From positions 1,110,001-1,142,000 of the forward strand of contig NZ_CP045650.1 of assembly GCF_009557235.1 (NCBI RefSeq): a stretch of DNA of 32,000 bases, read 5' to 3'. This DNA comes from Acinetobacter wanghuae. GTDB lineage: Bacteria; Pseudomonadota; Gammaproteobacteria; Pseudomonadales; Moraxellaceae. Positions 9,216-18,676 of this stretch are shown piece by piece (position 1 is the stretch's first letter; each line of letters begins with the position of its first letter). The translations under genes and the position numbers were made by a program. Below the pieces are notes generated by a model. The model did not search any database. It saw only the letters and a program-made list of their open reading frames with translations, and was not told where the DNA came from.

Positions 9216-10232
9216 ATGCACTTGGCTGCATTGCATACCCCGAGCCAGATTCAACTCAATAAAGAAGGCAACCTAAAACACTTCTTGACCATCGAAGGTC
9301 TTTCTAAAGATACACTGACAAAAATATTGGACACTGCACAGTCCTTTTTTAATGACCAAAATCAGCTCATCACCAATAATTTGCTTGAAGGCAAAACGGT
9401 GATGAACCTTTTCTTTGAAAATTCAACCCGTACCCGAACGACCTTTGAAGCAGCCGCAAAGCGACTTTCTGCCAATGTACTCAATATCGATATTGCGCGC
9501 TCAAGTACCTCTAAAGGTGAAACCTTACGTGATACGTTGTGGAATTTAGAAGCCATGGCAGCGGATATTTTTGTCGTTCGCCATTCATCTTCAGGGGCTG
9601 CGCATTTTATTGCAAAAGATGTCTGCCCAACCGTTGCGATTATTAATGCAGGTGATGGTCGTCATGCGCATCCAACTCAAGCCATGTTGGATATGCTGAC
9701 CATCCGCCGAGAAACCAAAAAGAATTTTGAAGATATCTCGATTGCGATTATTGGTGATATTAAACATTCACGTGTTGCACGTTCTGATGTGGCAGCATTA
9801 CAAACCTTAGGCTGTAAAGATATTCGTGTGATTGCACCGAATACCTTATTGCCTTATGGTTTTGATGATTATGGTCCTGAGGTTCGTTTATTTAACGATA
9901 TGGAAGCGGGCATCAAAGACTGTGATGTGATCATTACCTTACGTATTCAAAACGAACGTATTGATTCACCGGCACTCGCATCTCAAGCTGAATTCTACAA
10001 AATGTATGGCTTAAACAAAGAACGTTTAGCGATGGCGAAACCAGATTGTATCGTGATGCATCCGGGTCCGATGAACCGTGGGGTCGAAATTGATTCAAGT
10101 ATTGCCGATGGTCCACAATCAGTGATTTTAAATCAGGTGACCAATGGGATTGCGGTACGTATGGCAGTTTTGGCTTTGTCGATGCAAGGTCAAATTCAAG
10201 AACAAGGTTTGATTGAAGCGATTGCGGGTTAA
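9216..10232 (+). CDS. pyrB: Aspartate carbamoyltransferase catalytic chain
   Basis: 338 aa with STRTR, HPTQ and HPGP(M)NRG motifs and an AAGGAA RBS. Confidence 0.95.
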   Translation: MHLAALHTPSQIQLNKEGNLKHFLTIEGLSKDTLTKILDTAQSFFNDQNQLITNNLLEGKTVMNLFFENSTRTRTTFEAAAKRLSANVLNIDIARSSTSKGETLRDTLWNLEAMAADIFVVRHSSSGAAHFIAKDVCPTVAIINAGDGRHAHPTQAMLDMLTIRRETKKNFEDISIAIIGDIKHSRVARSDVAALQTLGCKDIRVIAPNTLLPYGFDDYGPEVRLFNDMEAGIKDCDVIITLRIQNERIDSPALASQAEFYKMYGLNKERLAMAKPDCIVMHPGPMNRGVEIDSSIADGPQSVILNQVTNGIAVRMAVLALSMQGQIQEQGLIEAIAG

Positions 10233-10242
10233 GGAATAAGTC

Positions 10243-11481
10243 ATGGCTATTGTAAAAATTGAAAATGTACGCGTTCTTGATCCAATCAACCAAAGCGATA
10301 CGATCCAAACGGTATATCTTGAAAATGGCAAAATTGTCGCTCAATCTGCGGATGTGACTGAAACAGTCAATGGTCAAGGCAAATGGTTGATGCCAAGTAT
10401 GGTCGACTTGTGCGCGCGTTTACGTGAGCCGGGACAGCAGCAACATGGTACGCTCAAATCTGAAGGGAAAGCTGCGCGTGAAAATGGCATTTTGCATGTA
10501 TTCACCCCACCTGATTCAAAACCGATTGTGCAGGACAATGGTGCCTTAATTCATGGCTTAGTTGAAAAAGCCATGTTGGATGGCGGTATTTATTTAGAAG
10601 TCATTGGTGCACAAACCCAAGGTTTAAAAGGGCATCAACCTGCAAATATGGCGGGCTTAAAAAAAGGTGGCTGTACGGCTGTTTCAAATGCCAATGCACC
10701 TTTCGCCGATGATGACGTGGTCTTACGTACTTTAGAATATGCAGCAGGTTTAGGCTTAACGGTGGTATTCTATGCTGAAGAACACCAAATTGCCAAAGAT
10801 GGTTGCGTGCATGAAGGCTTTATCGCTTCGCGTCAAGGCTTACCGATGATTCCAGCTCTTGCAGAAACCGTTGCGATTGCCAAATATCTACTCATGGTTG
10901 AAGTTACCAAAGTTCATGCGCATTTCGGCTTATTGTCATGTGGTGCTTCGGTTGAACTGATTCGTATCGCAAAAGAAAAAGGCTTGCCGGTGACCTGTGA
11001 TGTCGCGATGCATCAATTGCATTTAACCGAAGAATTGATTGACGGCTTTAACTCACTTGCTCATGTACGTCCACCACTTCGCTCAGCAGCAGATCAAAAA
11101 TTACTGCGCGAAGGGGTGAAATCGGGTGTTATTGATGCGATTTGTACCCATCATGAACCTTTGAGTAGTTCGGCCAAAATGGCACCATTTGCTGAAACAC
11201 AACCCGGGTTTACAGCATTTGATACCTATATTCCATTTGGTATACAACTCGTAAATGAAGGCTTATTTACACCGCTAGAATGGGTCGAGAAAGTCACGCT
11301 TGCACCAGCAAAAGTCGCGCAAATGCTTGAGCGTTGGGGCAATGAATCAGGTTGGGTATTAATTGATCCTGAACTGGAATGGACATTGAACAAGGATTCA
11401 ATGCTGTCACAAGGTAAAAATACGCCACTGATTAATCAACAGGTTACAGGCAAAGTAATTGCAACGTATTATCCTGTATAA
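10243..11481 (+). CDS. Dihydroorotase-like protein, predicted non-catalytic (PyrC'/PyrX type ATCase partner)
   Basis: 412 aa, starting 10 nt after pyrB. It has the amidohydrolase fold, but the metal-binding DxHxH reads DLCAR (10405-10419) and the TDHAPH-type motif reads THHEPL (11146-11163). Confidence 0.85.
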   Translation: MAIVKIENVRVLDPINQSDTIQTVYLENGKIVAQSADVTETVNGQGKWLMPSMVDLCARLREPGQQQHGTLKSEGKAARENGILHVFTPPDSKPIVQDNGALIHGLVEKAMLDGGIYLEVIGAQTQGLKGHQPANMAGLKKGGCTAVSNANAPFADDDVVLRTLEYAAGLGLTVVFYAEEHQIAKDGCVHEGFIASRQGLPMIPALAETVAIAKYLLMVEVTKVHAHFGLLSCGASVELIRIAKEKGLPVTCDVAMHQLHLTEELIDGFNSLAHVRPPLRSAADQKLLREGVKSGVIDAICTHHEPLSSSAKMAPFAETQPGFTAFDTYIPFGIQLVNEGLFTPLEWVEKVTLAPAKVAQMLERWGNESGWVLIDPELEWTLNKDSMLSQGKNTPLINQQVTGKVIATYYPV

Positions 11482-11494
11482 GAGCAAATGTTTT

Positions 11495-11524
11495 AAAAAG
11501 TCAGCTTCGGCTGACTTTTTTTAT
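11495..11524 (+). terminator. Rho-independent terminator after pyrC'
   Basis: AAAAAGTCAGC, loop TTCG, GCTGACTTTTT, followed by additional Ts. Confidence 0.8.
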
Positions 11525-11651
11525 TTTTGTATAAGCTGTTCACAAAAGTTGCGATTGAATGTGATAAACATACAATTTATTACATTCTCTAAAGAAACGC
11601 TCGTTAGACTATTTTTTAATCATTACAAAAAACGAAAAAAATGGTGAGCTC

Positions 11652-11960
11652 ATGACGACAGGATTTATTGAACTATTAAAAGATCACGTATCTTCAATTG
11701 TTTTAAACGGTGAAACTGAACACTTATTCGAAAAGGATTTGGCGATTAAACAGTTTCTACCCATTTTACTTAATATTTTTAAAAGCAAACCGGAGTGGCT
11801 TGAGAGTCTCACTCATCAATTAAATCCGCGTATTTCAGATTTGTTTGCAGGAGATCCAGCGGTTAAACAACAGTTGTTCAATCAATTGGGCAATAACATG
11901 CCAGCAGATCAACTTGAGAGTACGTTGAATCAAACGATTGCCCCACACTTAGTTTCTTAG
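11652..11960 (+). CDS. Hypothetical protein; probably the N-terminal fragment of a larger OmpA_C-domain gene (see findings)
   Basis: 102-aa ATG ORF with a GGTGAG RBS. It ends at TAG 11958-11960. A protein-like reading continues in the +2 frame. Confidence 0.55.
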   Translation: MTTGFIELLKDHVSSIVLNGETEHLFEKDLAIKQFLPILLNIFKSKPEWLESLTHQLNPRISDLFAGDPAVKQQLFNQLGNNMPADQLESTLNQTIAPHLVS

Positions 11961-12119
11961 AGACAGAAGCAGGCTCTGCCAATCCGCAAGCCATTGTTCA
12001 TTTACTTGAAAAACACTCCGCTTCAATTGCGCAAGCTTTGCCAACATGGGCGGCTCCTGTACTCGCATCAATGGGCATTCCATTATTAGCCAATCAAACG
12101 TTGCATCAACAACCGAGCA

Positions 12120-13151
12120 ATGTTGAAACACCGCAGTATTATGCACAAGAAGAGAAGAAAAAGAGCTCTTGGTTACCCTTTGTTATTTTCCTTAATTTTG
12201 GCTGCAATTGCATTATTCTTATATAAAGCATGTACCAATAAGAAAGTCGATGAAACGGCTGTTGCTCCTGCTACACAAACTGTGAGCGATCAACCAGCGA
12301 GCTTACAATTGAGTACAGGTGCAAATGCAGAGATTGTTAACTGTAGCATTTTCCTCAATAACCCAAGTTATTTAGATATCTTGCAAAAAGAAGTGAAGCA
12401 AATCTTCAATCATACACCTGGTTGTGGCGCAGATACGAGTGCTGCAAATCATACTGAGTTTACTGATCAAGACACCATTCCAAGTGTTTTAAAACTCATT
12501 AAAGGTGTGCCGAATCTGTCTTTAAGTTGGATCGGTGATCAAGTTTCTGTCCAAGCAGCCAATGCTGCTGATGCAGACCGTGTAGCAGCAGAAATTCGTA
12601 ACTTAGCTAAAAATGTAACTGTCACCACGCAGCAAGCATCTGATGTGAACAACTTAAATACGACTGATGATGTAGATGCAGCGATTACTTCAGCAAACAC
12701 AAGTGCAGAACAAGCCTTATCAAGCATCAAAACCGATAATGTACGCGCGCTTGACGTAGCAACTGCTTTAAACTTGCAAATTATTAACTTTGCAACGGCT
12801 TCATCTGAGATTCCTGAAGTGAATAAAACGATTCTTGATCAAGCGGCTGGACTGTTAAAACGTGCATCGCATGTAAATTTAAAAGTGGTTGGTCATACAG
12901 ATGCTCAGGGTGATGCGGCTAAAAACAAAGTTCTTTCACAGGAACGTGCGAAGTCAATTGTTGATTATTTAGTGGCTCAAGGTGTTGATCCAGCACAGTT
13001 ACAAGCGGTCGGTATGGGCGCTGAAAAACCGCGTGCTGACAATGCAACCGAACAAGGTCGTTTCCAAAACCGCCGTATTGAGTTTGAAGTATTAAATACA
13101 GAAACAGGCGTAGTACGTGCTGTCGATGAGCAGGGTGTACAAGAAAAATAA
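12120..13151 (+). CDS. OmpA family (OmpA/MotB C-terminal peptidoglycan-binding domain) membrane-anchored protein; possibly the 3' part of a disrupted ~499-codon gene
   Basis: It has a KKRRKR plus hydrophobic anchor (ALGYPLLFSLILAAIALFLY), an Ala/Thr/Asp-rich linker, and an OmpA_C signature (GHTDAQGDAAKNKVLSQERAKSIVDYL...NRRIEFEV). The start is ATG 12120 or 12141. Confidence 0.8.
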   Translation: MLKHRSIMHKKRRKRALGYPLLFSLILAAIALFLYKACTNKKVDETAVAPATQTVSDQPASLQLSTGANAEIVNCSIFLNNPSYLDILQKEVKQIFNHTPGCGADTSAANHTEFTDQDTIPSVLKLIKGVPNLSLSWIGDQVSVQAANAADADRVAAEIRNLAKNVTVTTQQASDVNNLNTTDDVDAAITSANTSAEQALSSIKTDNVRALDVATALNLQIINFATASSEIPEVNKTILDQAAGLLKRASHVNLKVVGHTDAQGDAAKNKVLSQERAKSIVDYLVAQGVDPAQLQAVGMGAEKPRADNATEQGRFQNRRIEFEVLNTETGVVRAVDEQGVQEK

Positions 13152-13162
13152 TAGAGACAGAT

Positions 13163-13190
13163 AAAAAAGCCCATTGATGGGCTTTTTTTT
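13163..13190 (+). terminator. Rho-independent terminator after the OmpA-family gene
   Basis: A-run, AGCCCAT-TG-ATGGGCT, then T8. Confidence 0.8.
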
Positions 13191-13324
13191 ACATTTATAT
13201 GCTGAACATGAGTGCGTTTAATCTGATCAAACTGCATCAACCTATCAAATTTTAAGTTCTAGAATTGCCTCAAACTTGGTTTATTGGCATGCTGTGTCAC
13301 AATTTAAATATTTGAGTGAAAACG

Positions 13325-14104
13325 ATGCGAATCAGTATTATTGGTGCAGGGCGAGTTGCTTATCATCTTGCTAAGGTTTTACATGCTGAGCATCAGTTGA
13401 CACAGGTGTATAGCCGTAGTTTTGAACGTGCACAACGCTTAGCGGATCAATTCAATATGCAAGCCATTCATAGCTATGCAGAACTCAATCCTTCAGTCGA
13501 TTTGATCATTATTGCTGTGAGTGATCAGTCTATTCCTCAAGTGATTCAAGAGCTGCATCATTATGTTCCCAATGTCCTGATTGTCCATACCTCGGGAAGT
13601 ACCCATCTTGATGTACTTAAACAGGTACATACGCGTTCAGGTGTGTTTTATCCCTTACAGACCTTTAGCGTTGAGCGCGAAATAGATTGGTGTAGTACGC
13701 CCTTATTTATTGAAGCCAATGATCTAATAGATCAACAATACTTGTTAAAACTGGCTTCGAGTCTGAGTGAAAAAGTATATGCTTATTCATCAGCGCAGCG
13801 TTTGAGTTTGCACTTGGCCGCAGTCTTTGCCTGTAATTTTAGTAATTACTGTTACGACATGGCGAAACAAGTCGTAGATGCTCAATCGGTTGATTTTAGC
13901 TTGCTTTATCCTTTGATCTTGGAAACGGCTCAGAAAGCTGTACAACAAGATCCGAGAGCGATGCAAACAGGTCCAGCCATACGTGGCGATCAAAATATTC
14001 TAGCTATGCATCAAAATATGCTGAATGTGATGAATCGATCTGATTTATCTCAAGTCTATACACTGCTAAGCCAACAATTAGTAGAACGACATCAAAGCAA
14101 GTGA
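13325..14104 (+). CDS. Rossmann-fold NAD(P)-binding protein, DUF2520-type
   Basis: The N-terminus MRISIIGAGRVA matches GxGxxG. The overall layout resembles the ProC/DUF2520 family. An alternative GTG start at 13316 would add 3 aa. Confidence 0.75.
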   Translation: MRISIIGAGRVAYHLAKVLHAEHQLTQVYSRSFERAQRLADQFNMQAIHSYAELNPSVDLIIIAVSDQSIPQVIQELHHYVPNVLIVHTSGSTHLDVLKQVHTRSGVFYPLQTFSVEREIDWCSTPLFIEANDLIDQQYLLKLASSLSEKVYAYSSAQRLSLHLAAVFACNFSNYCYDMAKQVVDAQSVDFSLLYPLILETAQKAVQQDPRAMQTGPAIRGDQNILAMHQNMLNVMNRSDLSQVYTLLSQQLVERHQSK

Positions 14105-14140
14105 GGTCATGGTGCTAATCTATTTTCTTTCCAATCTTTG

Positions 14141-14395
14141 ATGTTAAGCCTTGTGGTGCTCAGTGTGAGTTCACTGAGCTATGCCGCTGAAAAGCCTCAA
14201 ATGGCAAAAGCTATGCCTCAAACTAGATTTAACATGCAAATTTGCCAATATTCCTTTGATTCAAAAGTTTATCAAGCACAGCAGCAATGGGCAGAGAAAT
14301 ATGATCGTATTCAGCACATGGAGTTTTTCTATTTGCAAGTTCCGCAAATTATTGCGTGGTATCAGCCTGAGGAGCGTAAGCCAACAGATTCGTGA
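14141..14395 (+). CDS. Hypothetical small secreted protein (about 84 aa)
   Basis: It has a signal-peptide-like N-terminus [20 protein letters not shown]. Its 3' end overlaps the GMC remnant in another frame. No known motif was recognised. Confidence 0.35.
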   Translation: MLSLVVLSVSSLSYAAEKPQMAKAMPQTRFNMQICQYSFDSKVYQAQQQWAEKYDRIQHMEFFYLQVPQIIAWYQPEERKPTDS

Positions 14396-14636
14396 AGTGC
14401 TGCGTAATCGTGTGGATACGGTTTATCATCCCGTCGGAAGTTGCAAAATGGGTGTTGATGAGATGGCGGTGGTCGATCCTGAATTACAGGTCTACGGCAT
14501 TCAGAATTTAAGAGTGATTGATGCCTCTATCATTCCGGCTGTGGTCAATGGCAATACCAATGCGCCTACGATTATGATTGCAGAAAAAGCCGTGGATATG
14601 ATCCGTGCGCGTTATCAACAATTCAAAGTGGCATAA
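14381..14636 (+). pseudogene. 3' remnant of a GMC-family oxidoreductase (choline/alcohol dehydrogenase-like); only about 85 C-terminal codons remain
   Basis: ...[71 protein letters not shown] matches the GMC C-terminal domain, including the catalytic His region. The upstream part of the 151-aa ORF looks non-coding. The N-terminal FAD-binding domain (about 450 aa) is absent. Confidence 0.6.
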
Positions 14637-14667
14637 TGCTAGCGATAAAAATGAATAAGGATAGATC

Positions 14668-16095
14668 ATGACTTCGTGGGAACAGGGTGTAGATTTAGAC
14701 AGTGCACAAAACTTACAGCATATTTATACAGTGCAACGCAATGCGTGTTTAGCGGACAGTTATCCAAGTTTTCAGGAGCGCAAGCAACAGCTGAATACTT
14801 TATATAAAATTGTGGTCGATCATCAAGATGCCATGGCGGCTGCGATTAGTCGAGATTTCTCTAATCGCAGTGTGGATGAAACCAAGCTATTTGAGGTGAT
14901 GACCAGTCTAAATGGCATTAAGCACAGCTTAAAGCATCTGAAAAAATGGATGAAACCAAGCAAACGTCACGTGGGGATATTATTTCAACCAGCAACGGGT
15001 TATGTCATGTATCAACCGGTGGGTGTGGTTGGAATTATTGTGCCGTGGAATTATCCGCTGTTTTTAGCGATTGGACCGCTGGCACAAGCTTTAGCTGCGG
15101 GTAATCGTGTTATGTTGAAAATGAGCGAATATACACCTGAATTTTCAGCCCTTTTTCAAAAGCTTATTGCTGATCATTTTACGGGAGATCGTATTTCGGT
15201 GATCACGGGTGATGCACAAGTGGCACAACAATTTACGACCTTAGCCTTTGATCATTTACTGTTTACAGGCGCAACCTCAGTCGCCAAACACGTGATGCAT
15301 GCAGCAGCAGATAATCTAACCCCAGTGACATTAGAGCTGGGCGGTAAATCACCTGTTATTGTGGCGAAAGATGCAGACCTGAAAGAAAGCGCACGCCGTC
15401 TCGCTTTTGGTAAAACCATGAACGCAGGGCAAACCTGTGTCGCACCCGATTATGCTTTTGTGCATCATAGTCAGACTCAAGCCTTTATTGAGGCTTATTT
15501 TGAGACCATTCAACAGTTTTATCCAAATCGTATTCTGCAAAATAAAGACTATACAAGCATCGTGAATGCGCGCCAGTTTGAGCGTTTGCAGCATTATTTA
15601 CAGGATGCAAAACTTAAAGGGGCTGACTTCCATCAAATTGAACAAGATGCCGATGGTCATCGTTTGCCGCATATCGTATTAACTAACGTGAATGATGATA
15701 TGCAGATCATGCAAAATGAGATTTTCGGTCCAATCTTACCGATTAAAACCTATGAACATATTGATGAGGTGATTACGTATATCAATAGTAAGGATCGACC
15801 ACTGGCACTGTATTATTTCGGCTATAACAAAGCCGAACAGCAAAAAGTATTACATGCAACGCATAGTGGCGGGGTATGTCTAAATGAGACGCTCATGACA
15901 GCAGGCATGGAAGATATGCCATTTGGGGGGATTGGACCTTCGGGCATGGGTCATTATCATGGTCATGAAGGTTTTAAAACTTTTAGTCATGCCAAATCTG
16001 TGTTTAGTCGACCTAAATTTAGTCTGATGAAACTGATTTATCCACCGTATGGCAGTTCGATTTTAAAATTGATTTATAAATTTTTCTTACGTTAA
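14668..16095 (+). CDS. NAD(P)-dependent aldehyde dehydrogenase (coniferyl/fatty aldehyde dehydrogenase-like)
   Basis: 475 aa with the catalytic Glu motif LELGGKSP, the catalytic Cys motif GQTCVAPDY, and EIFGPILP. Confidence 0.92.
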   Translation: MTSWEQGVDLDSAQNLQHIYTVQRNACLADSYPSFQERKQQLNTLYKIVVDHQDAMAAAISRDFSNRSVDETKLFEVMTSLNGIKHSLKHLKKWMKPSKRHVGILFQPATGYVMYQPVGVVGIIVPWNYPLFLAIGPLAQALAAGNRVMLKMSEYTPEFSALFQKLIADHFTGDRISVITGDAQVAQQFTTLAFDHLLFTGATSVAKHVMHAAADNLTPVTLELGGKSPVIVAKDADLKESARRLAFGKTMNAGQTCVAPDYAFVHHSQTQAFIEAYFETIQQFYPNRILQNKDYTSIVNARQFERLQHYLQDAKLKGADFHQIEQDADGHRLPHIVLTNVNDDMQIMQNEIFGPILPIKTYEHIDEVITYINSKDRPLALYYFGYNKAEQQKVLHATHSGGVCLNETLMTAGMEDMPFGGIGPSGMGHYHGHEGFKTFSHAKSVFSRPKFSLMKLIYPPYGSSILKLIYKFFLR

Positions 16096-16097
16096 AC

Positions 16098-16129
16098 AAA
16101 AAAAGCGCTGAACCTGTCAGCGCTTTTTC
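16098..16129. terminator. Bidirectional rho-independent terminator (aldehyde dehydrogenase / trmB convergent)
   Basis: A7, GCGCTGA (16105-16111), loop ACCTG, TCAGCGC (16117-16123), then T5. Confidence 0.75.
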
Positions 16130-16140
16130 TTTGGTTTAGA

Positions 16141-16857
16141 TTAACCAATTTTCTTAAATAAGAAGTCGTTAATTTTATGACCTTCTTCTAAGCCACGACG
16201 TTCAAATTTAGTTTGTGGACGCCAATCAGGACGTGGGTAGCTGTTACCTTTACCTGCCATGTTTTCTAAACGTGGACGATTGTCTAACACATCGAGCATC
16301 CATTCAGCATATGGTTCCCAGTCTGTTGCAGAGTGGAATGTACCGCCCATTTCCAATTTCTGTTCAACCAATGGCATACGGTCATGTGACACGAAACGAC
16401 GTTTGAAGTGACGTTTTTTCTGCCATGGGTCAGGGAAGTAAAGCTGCACGGCATTAATGCTTTCATCTGGCATTTCACGAAGTACTTGAATGGCATCGGC
16501 ATCAAGTAAACGAAGGTTGGTTAAACCTGCCATACCTGCTTCATAGACACATTGCGCAATACCCGGTACGTGGACTTCAATGCCCACATAATTGCGTTCA
16601 GGATTGGCTTTTGCCATTAACACAAGTGAACGACCCATACCAAAACCAATTTCAACGGTTAGTGGGCGTTCAGGATGTTCAAAATGCTGACGTACATCGC
16701 CAACAGGATATTCCAAAATTAAGTGACCATATTGTTCAAGCGCGGTACGTTGAGAGGTATTTAGCGGTGTTGAGCGGCGCATAAACGTCACAATTTCACG
16801 GTGCTCGCTTAAATTGTCCAGCTCTACGACTTGCTGGTCTAATTGATCGTTCGACAT
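16141..16857 (-). CDS. trmB: tRNA (guanine46-N7)-methyltransferase
   Basis: It carries the TrmB motifs EIGFGMG, FPDPW.KKRH and RPQTKFE. The ATG at 16857 gives 238 aa. The track ORF extends to a less likely TTG at 16914. Confidence 0.9.
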   Translation of the reverse strand: MSNDQLDQQVVELDNLSEHREIVTFMRRSTPLNTSQRTALEQYGHLILEYPVGDVRQHFEHPERPLTVEIGFGMGRSLVLMAKANPERNYVGIEVHVPGIAQCVYEAGMAGLTNLRLLDADAIQVLREMPDESINAVQLYFPDPWQKKRHFKRRFVSHDRMPLVEQKLEMGGTFHSATDWEPYAEWMLDVLDNRPRLENMAGKGNSYPRPDWRPQTKFERRGLEEGHKINDFLFKKIG

Positions 16858-16971
16858 AACTTTGGCAAATCTTAAAAATTCAGAATGCGGTATTTTAAGT
16901 CCTGAGGTGCTCAAGTCAAACGTTTATCTATGTTTCGTAGTAAAAAATGGTCACAAGTGAAATTTAGACAA

Positions 16972-17000
16972 AATAAAAGAGCCATCAGGCTCTTTTATTA
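16972..17000 (-). terminator. Rho-independent terminator after the SulP transporter gene
   Basis: AAGAGCC-ATCA-GGCTCTT. On the minus strand it is followed by TTTTATTTT. Confidence 0.6.
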
Positions 17001-17011
17001 ATTGAATATTT

Positions 17012-18460
17012 TTAACTCTTTTGATAACGATCAACCAAAGTGCTGCTGGCTTCATTTAAACCAATGACCACGACTTCAATATTCTGCGCTTTAAATTTTT
17101 GCACCACGTTATTGAACATGTTAACAGAGGTCACATCCCAAATATGGGCGTGGCTTAAATCTAATTCGACAGTTTTGAGGGGTTCTTTAAAATCAAAGAA
17201 CTGATAAAACTTATCCGCACTGCTAAAGAAGATTTGCCCTGAAATGACGTAAGTACGTGCATTTTCATGCTTGAGATGGGTCGAAACATGCACCGTACTT
17301 TCAAGCTTGTTAATAAAGAACAAGGCTGACAGTAAGACACCGACAAATACACCAAGTGCTAGATTGTGAGTTGCAAGCACGACAATCACCACCGCGATCA
17401 TCACCACATTAAACGCCATCGGGTGTTGATTAAATTGCTTCACAGATCCCCATTGGAAAGTGGTAAATGCCACCATCACCATAATGGCAACTAAAGCTGC
17501 CATCGGAATATACGCCAACCAATCTTTAAAGAAGACGACTAAACACAGTAAAAATACGCCCGCAACCAAAGTTGAAAGTCGAGTCCGTGCACCTGAGGTG
17601 ACATTAATAATCGATTGACCAATCATGGCACAACCTGCCATACCGCCCATAAAGCCACTGACCATATTCGCCATACCTTGACCGCGACATTCTTTATGTC
17701 GGTCACTGTCGGTTTCAGTAATTTCGTCAATGACAGTGGTGGTCATCATGGTTTCAAGTAAGCCCACTGTCGCAAGTGTCAGCGAATAAGGCAGAATAAT
17801 CTTCAAGGTTTCAAGATTCAGTGGAATTTCTGGAATCAGAAAAATCGGTAAAGTATCTGGGAAATGTCCAAGATCACTCACCGTACGCATATCCGCGCCT
17901 AAAAATAGTGCTAGTCCACTTAACACCACAATACAAATTAAAGGCGAAGGAATGGCTTTACCAATTTTAGGAAGATAAGGGAACAGGTAGATAATCGCTA
18001 AGCCGAATGCTACAAATACATATCCTATGCTATCCATTTGCCCCATTTCAGGCAGTTGGGCAGCAAAAATCAGAATCGCAAGGGCATTTAAGAACCCATA
18101 CACCACCGCTTGTGAAACAAAGCGCATGAGTTTAGCCACTTTAAAGTAGCCTGCAATAATCTGAATGATGCCCGTCAAGATGGTTGCTGCAAGTAAGTAC
18201 TGCAAGCCATGTTCTTTGACTAAGGTAATCATCAGCAATGCCAATGCACCCGTTGCTGCAGAAATCATCGCAGGGCGTCCGCCAAAGAACGCGATGCTCA
18301 CCGCAATACAAAACGATGCATATAAACCGACTTGAGGGTCGACACCCGCAATGGCAGAAAAGGCGATAGATTCAGGAATTAAGGCGAGCCCGACCACGAG
18401 ACCTGCTAAAACATCGGTACGAATGTTGGAAAACCATTCCTCTTTTTTCAGACTAAGCAC
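17012..18460 (-). CDS. SulP family inorganic anion transporter with C-terminal STAS domain
   Basis: 482 aa, polytopic and hydrophobic, with a typical SulP N-terminus ([24 protein letters not shown]) and a C-terminal STAS-like segment. The start is GTG. Confidence 0.9.
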   Translation of the reverse strand: MLSLKKEEWFSNIRTDVLAGLVVGLALIPESIAFSAIAGVDPQVGLYASFCIAVSIAFFGGRPAMISAATGALALLMITLVKEHGLQYLLAATILTGIIQIIAGYFKVAKLMRFVSQAVVYGFLNALAILIFAAQLPEMGQMDSIGYVFVAFGLAIIYLFPYLPKIGKAIPSPLICIVVLSGLALFLGADMRTVSDLGHFPDTLPIFLIPEIPLNLETLKIILPYSLTLATVGLLETMMTTTVIDEITETDSDRHKECRGQGMANMVSGFMGGMAGCAMIGQSIINVTSGARTRLSTLVAGVFLLCLVVFFKDWLAYIPMAALVAIMVMVAFTTFQWGSVKQFNQHPMAFNVVMIAVVIVVLATHNLALGVFVGVLLSALFFINKLESTVHVSTHLKHENARTYVISGQIFFSSADKFYQFFDFKEPLKTVELDLSHAHIWDVTSVNMFNNVVQKFKAQNIEVVVIGLNEASSTLVDRYQKS

Positions 18461-18676
18461 AGATTATCTTCACTTCATTTTGAACTTGCGTATCTTAAAC
18501 CGATCGCTTTAAAAATCCACACAAGATTCACTTGAAAATATTCTGAATATCCTCAATATTAAAAGTGTCAATGTCAGTACATGAGATTGAGCTTTTCAGC
18601 AATTTACAGGTTTGATCACTTGAAAGTGTATTGGAAGCGCGATAAAACATAGAGAAGTCAATAACAAGGATCAACG

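Noticed and set aside
9934-10377. 147-aa minus-strand ORF spanning the pyrB/pyrC' junction
   Set aside because: It is antisense to two well-supported genes, its composition is junk-like, and it has no RBS.
11459-11647. 62-aa plus-strand ORF in the pyrC'/OmpA-family spacer
   Set aside because: It runs straight through the pyrC' terminator hairpin and AT-rich promoter DNA, and its composition is not protein-like.
12146-12166. Programmed ribosomal frameshifting at the GAAAAAG tract (and at 11940-11960) to explain the split OmpA-family gene
   Set aside because: Neither site has a canonical X-XXY-YYZ slippery heptamer or a prfB-like +1 context. I see no stimulatory SD or pseudoknot. Two opposite programmed shifts in one gene would be unprecedented. 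An indel or a sequencing error is the simpler explanation.
14181-14380. N-terminal two-thirds of the 151-aa ORF 14181..14636, considered as genuine coding sequence
   Set aside because: Resemblance to GMC oxidoreductases starts only near 14381. The upstream part reads as Lys/Cys/Phe-rich junk and overlaps the better-looking signal-peptide ORF in another frame.
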